Both the position numbers and the translations under genes were made by a program. From Fimicolochytrium jonesii (lineage: Eukaryota), in the NCBI RefSeq assembly GCF_025526975.1, contig NW_026515678.1:124001-188000 (forward strand): 64,000 bases of DNA. Direction: 5' to 3'. Shown here piece after piece: positions 58,805-64,000 of this stretch (its first letter is position 1; the number at the start of each line of letters is the position of its first letter). The notes beneath the pieces are model-generated. The model saw nothing but the letters and a program-made list of their open reading frames with translations. It was not told where the DNA came from and made no database searches.

Positions 58805-61804
58805 TCACTCAGGAGGCGGCGCCCTAGGCTCTAACCCAAACCCAAACCCAACATTCAGCCCAAACGTGAATCCAACAGGGGATATCGGGGATATGGAGGT
58901 GCTGGGCGATCGAAGGGATGGTGTTGATTTAGTGGTGGTCTCGGATTGTTGGTCGTGTTTTGGGTCTTGTGATTCGGCGGGGGGTGGGGATTGGTGCTGT
59001 GGGTCTTGCGGCGATTTTGCCTCGGGCTTTGACTCTGGGTCGTGAGGCGGTTGTCCGAGAACGGTCTCTTCCGCTTGTTGTGACAGCTCTTTCGTTGGTA
59101 TGTGCTTTGGCTCATCTTGCTCTGGCTCGGGATGTTGAAGAAGCACCGGGAGCTGTTGTGGCTCGTCCAGGGGCGTCGCCTCGTGGGCTTGCTCATGCAT
59201 CGGCACCTCCGATGGCTCCTGTGGCTCGTTCTGAGGCTTCTCTTCCTTGTCCATGTCCGTCTCTGCCTCCAGCTCCATCTCCATCCCCTGCGCTCGTTCA
59301 TGCTGTTCCTCGTGCATAGGCTCATGCGTTTGTTCTTGCGGCTCGTTCAAGGGCTGTTTGTTCTGTCCCTCCCCTTTCGACTGCTCCTGCTGCTCCACGC
59401 GCATCGGTTCCTGCAAGTCGTCTTCCGGCTTGTTGTGCACATCTTCGTCTTCCACGACCTTATGCCCTTCTTCTTCTGCACATATCGGCCCCCCCGCTTT
59501 CTGCGGTGTCTCCTCTCCACGCATGGGCCCATGCGCTCCCAACTGCTCTGCTACATGTGTCGCCTCCTGCAACTGCGGTTGCTGTACTTGTTGACCCTCC
59601 ATCACCTTCTGCTCTGGCTCCACCTCACGCATCGGCTCCTGCGCTTCCATCTGCTCTTCCATACGCATCGGCTCCTCCTCCCCTTGCTGTTGTGGCTGGC
59701 TCCGTACATCTCCACCCTCGTCCGCCATCATTTGTTCGTGCTCATGGGATTGCTCAACTGACGCGTGTTCCTTCCCTTGCACCGATTCGTGGATCGAGAT
59801 CTCCTCAGGTAGCTGGTGTGTGTCCGCCCGCGGCTCCTCTCCAGGCGGCTGATGTGCTTGAGCATGTACATGTAGCTCCTGCACTTTCTCATCCACATGC
59901 ATCGACTCGTCCTGCGCATGCTCGCGCATCGGCTCTTCCATCGGCTGCTGTTGTGCGTCCACATGTGGTTCTTCTACGATCGTTTCTTGGAGATGCCCAC
60001 GCGGCATCCTATCTACATGCAGCGGCTCGGCTTCCGGTTGCTGATGCGACACCTCCCTCTCCTCATCCCTTTGCTTCGCTTCCACATGCCCCGTCGCCTT
60101 CTCCGTCGCCTCCAGAGACCCCGTCTGATCCATCCCCTCCTCTCGCTCCATCTCCTGCGACTGCAGCCCTATGACACCATCCCTGATCGCGCTCGTATCC
60201 ACGTCGCCTTTTCCACTGACATTTTCACCGTCCCGTCCCATCGCCGCACCGTCATCTCCACCCCGATCCAGCATATCCTCAAAAGTGGTAGCATCTGTAG
60301 CGACTGCCGGCGACGGCGGCAACAAGCTCATCCGCGTGAGCTGCATAGACGTGCCAGCGGCCAGATGCGACAAGCCGCGGGCAAAGTCGTGCGAACCGTG
60401 GTCTTGCGTCTCCGTATACATCTGGGTGGCGTCGCTGTCATTGGCTGGGTCGTCTTCGGGTAGTTTGATCGTTTCAGACTCCCATTCCGGCGCGTTCTTG
60501 GAAGCTGTGGCGAAAGGGTTTTCGCGGACCTGGTCATCAGCATTCATCGCATCTCCCTGGGTCCCCAGCTGCGCGTCGTCGTCCCGCTTATCCTCGCCAT
60601 CATCATCTTCTTGCCGCATAGGAGGCCAAAAGTCATCATCAACATCGCCCGACAGATCCTGCGACCCCTCCAAAAACTCGCTCTCAGCCTGCGACAGTGG
60701 CAGAGTGTCGTCGTCCGTGTCATCCTCGTCCGCTAATGTTGATGCGGGCTCTGTAAGCGTGTGTAGGGAGGTATCGGCGGCGTCTGGTTCGTCGTCGTCG
60801 AACGCGAAGGAGGGTTGTTGGGCGTGGAAGAAGAGGGAGAGTGGGTCGGATGATTGTTGAGTGGGGAGAGTACAAGCGATTTGTGCGATGGTGGAGAGGT
60901 GGGCTTCACTGGATTCGACCGCTATCCTTGTCTCGTCGACTTCGTGGTGGCTGGACAATGAAGGGTCGCCCTCATGGTGGGTTGGCAGCGAAGTAAGTTC
61001 TGATGTCGCTGCTGCATCCGTTTCTTTCTGGCTCGAGTGTTCGACCGCATCCATAGCGTTCCGAGGTACAGTTTCATGAACAGCCTCCATATGCTCCACG
61101 TCCGTCTCTTGCCCAACTCCCGAGACAAGCACGCTCTTCTCCACCACTTCAATCTCTCCGGTAACAGCAGTGGTCGGCTCAACAACATCCATAGCCTCCA
61201 TGGCTACATGTCCATTCGGATCCCCATCTTGTACGGCAACTGGCCGGCTGCCCTCCAAAATACTCGCATTGGTAATATCAGAGAATATCCTCCTACCGGC
61301 AGCGTCAGGCGGCGCATTCTCATCATTCTCCTCCTCCTCGTGTTCGGCAGCGTCTCGCGCAACTGCCTCGCCCCCATCCACCATTTTCCTCCTCCTGCTA
61401 TCCGCGGCACCATTAAAGGAGGGTAGACCGACGTCCAATTTCCGCTTCAACCCCCTCGGGGACTGCAACTCCTCTGTAGACTGTGGTGGTGCCGTGACTG
61501 TGCGCAGACGCTGAATCCTCTCCAGCAAATGAATCCCACTCATTGACATGCCCAGCCGGTGAGCCCAATCGAGACTGGGACGTAACCGCGTATTTGAGAA
61601 AGGGGCAGCGGAGTTTGTTGAGGCATATTGGATGTAAGGCCGTGCAGTGGTGGGATTCGCTTGGTAGTGCTTGTTGATGATTGCGGCGAGGGTGTCGTCA
61701 GACAAGGCAGGGATTGTGGCGATCGAGGTGAGTCTGTTTGACGGATGCGATAGTGCGGCAAGCACCTCGCCCTGGTGTTGCTGCAGCGGCCGGTCCTGAG
61801 ACAT
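58805..61804 (-). CDS. Large acidic, Glu/Gln-rich, largely disordered hypothetical protein (~1000 aa)
   Basis: Uninterrupted 3-kb ORF; first in-frame ATG at 61804; short ordered-looking N-terminus, basic clusters LKRKL and RRRK, degenerate EPM(R/H)xE repeats. Confidence 0.8.
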   Translation of the reverse strand: MSQDRPLQQHQGEVLAALSHPSNRLTSIATIPALSDDTLAAIINKHYQANPTTARPYIQYASTNSAAPFSNTRLRPSLDWAHRLGMSMSGIHLLERIQRLRTVTAPPQSTEELQSPRGLKRKLDVGLPSFNGAADSRRRKMVDGGEAVARDAAEHEEEENDENAPPDAAGRRIFSDITNASILEGSRPVAVQDGDPNGHVAMEAMDVVEPTTAVTGEIEVVEKSVLVSGVGQETDVEHMEAVHETVPRNAMDAVEHSSQKETDAAATSELTSLPTHHEGDPSLSSHHEVDETRIAVESSEAHLSTIAQIACTLPTQQSSDPLSLFFHAQQPSFAFDDDEPDAADTSLHTLTEPASTLADEDDTDDDTLPLSQAESEFLEGSQDLSGDVDDDFWPPMRQEDDDGEDKRDDDAQLGTQGDAMNADDQVRENPFATASKNAPEWESETIKLPEDDPANDSDATQMYTETQDHGSHDFARGLSHLAAGTSMQLTRMSLLPPSPAVATDATTFEDMLDRGGDDGAAMGRDGENVSGKGDVDTSAIRDGVIGLQSQEMEREEGMDQTGSLEATEKATGHVEAKQRDEEREVSHQQPEAEPLHVDRMPRGHLQETIVEEPHVDAQQQPMEEPMREHAQDESMHVDEKVQELHVHAQAHQPPGEEPRADTHQLPEEISIHESVQGKEHASVEQSHEHEQMMADEGGDVRSQPQQQGEEEPMRMEEQMEAQEPMREVEPEQKVMEGQQVQQPQLQEATHVAEQLGAHGPMRGEETPQKAGGPICAEEEGHKVVEDEDVHNKPEDDLQEPMRVEQQEQSKGEGQNKQPLNEPQEQTHEPMHEEQHERAQGMEMELEAETDMDKEEKPQNEPQEPSEVPMHEQAHEATPLDEPQQLPVLLQHPEPEQDEPKHIPTKELSQQAEETVLGQPPHDPESKPEAKSPQDPQHQSPPPAESQDPKHDQQSETTTKSTPSLRSPSTSISPISPVGFTFGLNVGFGFGLEPRAPPPE

Positions 61805-62447
61805 GTTACTGATGGGGTTCTTTTGTGCTGTGCGGGTTGTGGAGGAAACAGAGAGTGCGATATGGACGAAAGACGTCCGATTTCCGCCTCCGGTGGCTGT
61901 GCACTTCATCTCGGCCCTTCCATGACAAACGCGTCAAGCAAGCCTTCTCCGACCTCTCCCTTTGACCTGGAACGCCACCGACAGTTGAACGACGCCCGCA
62001 AGCCATGACATTTGGTTTCCAGAACTGATGACGGTTCATCAGTGGGGATACGAAGATGTCCTCTGATGAAGGCTGAGCTGAGGAGCTTTACGCTCTCCAA
62101 GATGATTTATGGTATTACGCAAAATGCCTTGCAATGAGGGCATACTCCTGTATTTAGGAAAAGTTTTCTTTTGATCCATATTTAATGAGGATCGCACCTG
62201 CTATATATGTTATGAACTGTGATGTGACAAATAATTTCATGGTCACCGGATCACCTCCTGCTTTACATTGACGCCGAGATATTTGTATACATAGGCGTCG
62301 AAACTAGCTACCAGGCCTTCCAAACATTTGCTACAGAGCTATGACTATTCTGTGACTGAGATCCGGAAGTATTTCCCCCGCGCCCATAGACTTCATAGAC
62401 CCGAGTACAGACAGGTGGATCGCGTATGGACGTTCCGGATTTTGCGC

Positions 62448-63458
62448 CTAATGATGGGTGATCATGTAACCCGCGCCGCATGAATAGCACTGGTAAAATC
62501 TCTTCTTGGCGTTCCAGGTCACAAGGGGTTGGTAATACTCATTGTTGTGGCAGGTGGGACAGTGAATCTTCTGCCTTCTCCTTCCCATGGAAGAACTCTT
62601 GTCATTGCCGGACAGATACGGCGGGGGATTCTTTTTGAGGTCTTCAATAAGGTCGGTGAAGCACAAGAATTCAGCTTCCTTCTTCAAGGCCGCAACGGCC
62701 ATTTCATCGGTTGGAAGGTTAATCCCCTCGCCGCTCACTCGGGCACGCAGGTAATCAAAGATGAAATCATACGGCTCCGGCGTTCTGTCGATGAAGATTG
62801 TCCCATCATCGCCCGCTTGCGGGCCCCAGTGTTCGCGGAATAAGGCCTCAAACATGCTCCCCTTGGCGGCAAGGAGGGTGTCCAAACTGATCGAGAACAC
62901 CTTGCCCCCAGCGTCAAACTTGACCTTCTTCATCGCTTGCGTAGACAACATCGATGTGTAGTCTCGCTTTTCGATCCATTGCTTGTAACGCTCGCCAAGT
63001 TCTGCTTCGGCTTTCACAATCGTTTCTTCGTGCGGAGCCCCCTGCTTGGTGATGCGCTCCACGCTGTCGCGAAGGGAGGAAATGCGGTCGCTGGAAATGA
63101 CGCTAGTGAGCACATTGTGGGATGACAGCAGCGTCTCGTAGGTCTTGGTGAGCAGTTGATCGCCTCCGCCGCGTCTTTCAAGGATTTTGCGTTCTGGCTC
63201 AGATCAGCCCTGAGATGGTCCAGTTGGTCGGCGAGAGAGTCGCTCTCGGCAACAAGCCCTGAAAGGAGGGCGGAGGAGCGGATGTTGTTCTCAGCTACAG
63301 TTTCGGGCTGCTCTGTGCTGTTGGGTAGTCATGATCAAGACCTGAGATCAGTTACACCAATATGCTTAAAACCCTCGGTTTCAGAATCAGGTTTACCTTC
63401 TGGCAGCAGCCTGTTGGGATGAAGACCGCCAGATAGCCGGGGAATTAGACCGCGACAT
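62448..63458 (-). pseudogene. Coiled-coil + BTB/POZ + Zn-ribbon protein (paralogue 2) with an apparent frameshift near 63152
   Basis: VKFDAGGKVFSISLDTLL..WGPQAGDDGTIFIDR..FIFDYLRA..LKKEAEFLC; CPTC...CYSC. The N-terminal part homologous to paralogue 1 (DLSQNAKSLKDAAEAIN) lies in a different frame from the BTB part. Confidence 0.7.
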
Positions 63459-64000
63459 AGCTGTTAACAGGAGTGGACTTGCACGGGTTATGCGCAATTG
63501 AAGTTCCTCAAATGTTGATTTTTGAAGGCCAGGAAGACGAACCAGAATCGAATTCCCAAGAACGTCGACTCGAGGCGTCGCAAAAGCCATGACCATCTGC
63601 CAATGCAGATTGCTGCAAGAAAGGTGGAGGCTGGAATCTATTTCGGAGGCCGTATCATGCTCATTTGTGAATGTGTGGAGAACATGTTTCTACGCATGCA
63701 TCCAGGACTCACCGACAGCACACGCGCTGTCGGAATCCGGCGTGCTTGTCCTGTCAATCCTTGGTCTAACGATTTCCCCGTAGACCAGACCGGGGCTTTA
63801 TAGTGAGAAGTCCTAGCAAGAGCTGCCCTCAGGCCAGGAATACACTATCTCCAACCAACCGCTCCGTCGTTGCTAAATGTGAAAAGTGAGAAAACAAATC
63901 TGGACGCGTGTCCGAAAATGCGTCCGAAAGGCGAGGCAAGCGACGCCTCGACGCAGCGACAGAATGGGCATGTCGGACCCAATCATTTCCCCCCGGCAGA

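Noticed and set aside
58830..58852. Second telomere-like tract (AACCCA)n
   Set aside because: Only about three imperfect units, inside the end of a coding ORF.

Overview
Gene-dense, intron-rich eukaryotic DNA with short GT-AG introns and CTRAC-like branch points. It is most consistent with an early-diverging fungus, possibly a chytrid (inference from gene content and intron style). About 25 protein-coding loci can be reconstructed by hand. The conserved genes are DBR1, CstF-64/RNA15, tubulin cofactor C, a FOX2-like peroxisomal dehydrogenase, PPWD1, phosphomannomutase, PLPBP/YggS, an ENA P-type ATPase, MGS1/WRNIP1, an SFC1 carrier and importin alpha. The accessory genes are a GT10 fucosyltransferase, a Reeler-like GPI protein, a lipase, two BTB paralogues, a MATA-type HMG factor and three intronless prokaryote-like enzymes. 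Five observations stand out. (1) An intronless T4 Rnl1-type RNA ligase abuts a 5'-truncated, stop-containing FHIT/HNT2 remnant, and a bacterial-type phosphoesterase fused to a zinc knuckle lies about 5 kb away (possible acquired RNA-repair functions). (2) A GCGAGCGAAGCGAGC-rich repeat family sits in sense orientation in three enlarged introns of the divergent PMM/fucosyltransferase pair. (3) The FOX2-like protein has an SDR-SDR-SCP2 architecture with no hydratase. (4) PLPBP has a 3-nt microexon. (5) An interstitial telomeric array is flanked by an 11-bp direct repeat. No rRNA, tRNA or CRISPR array was recognised. Gene models were spliced by eye and no database searches were run.
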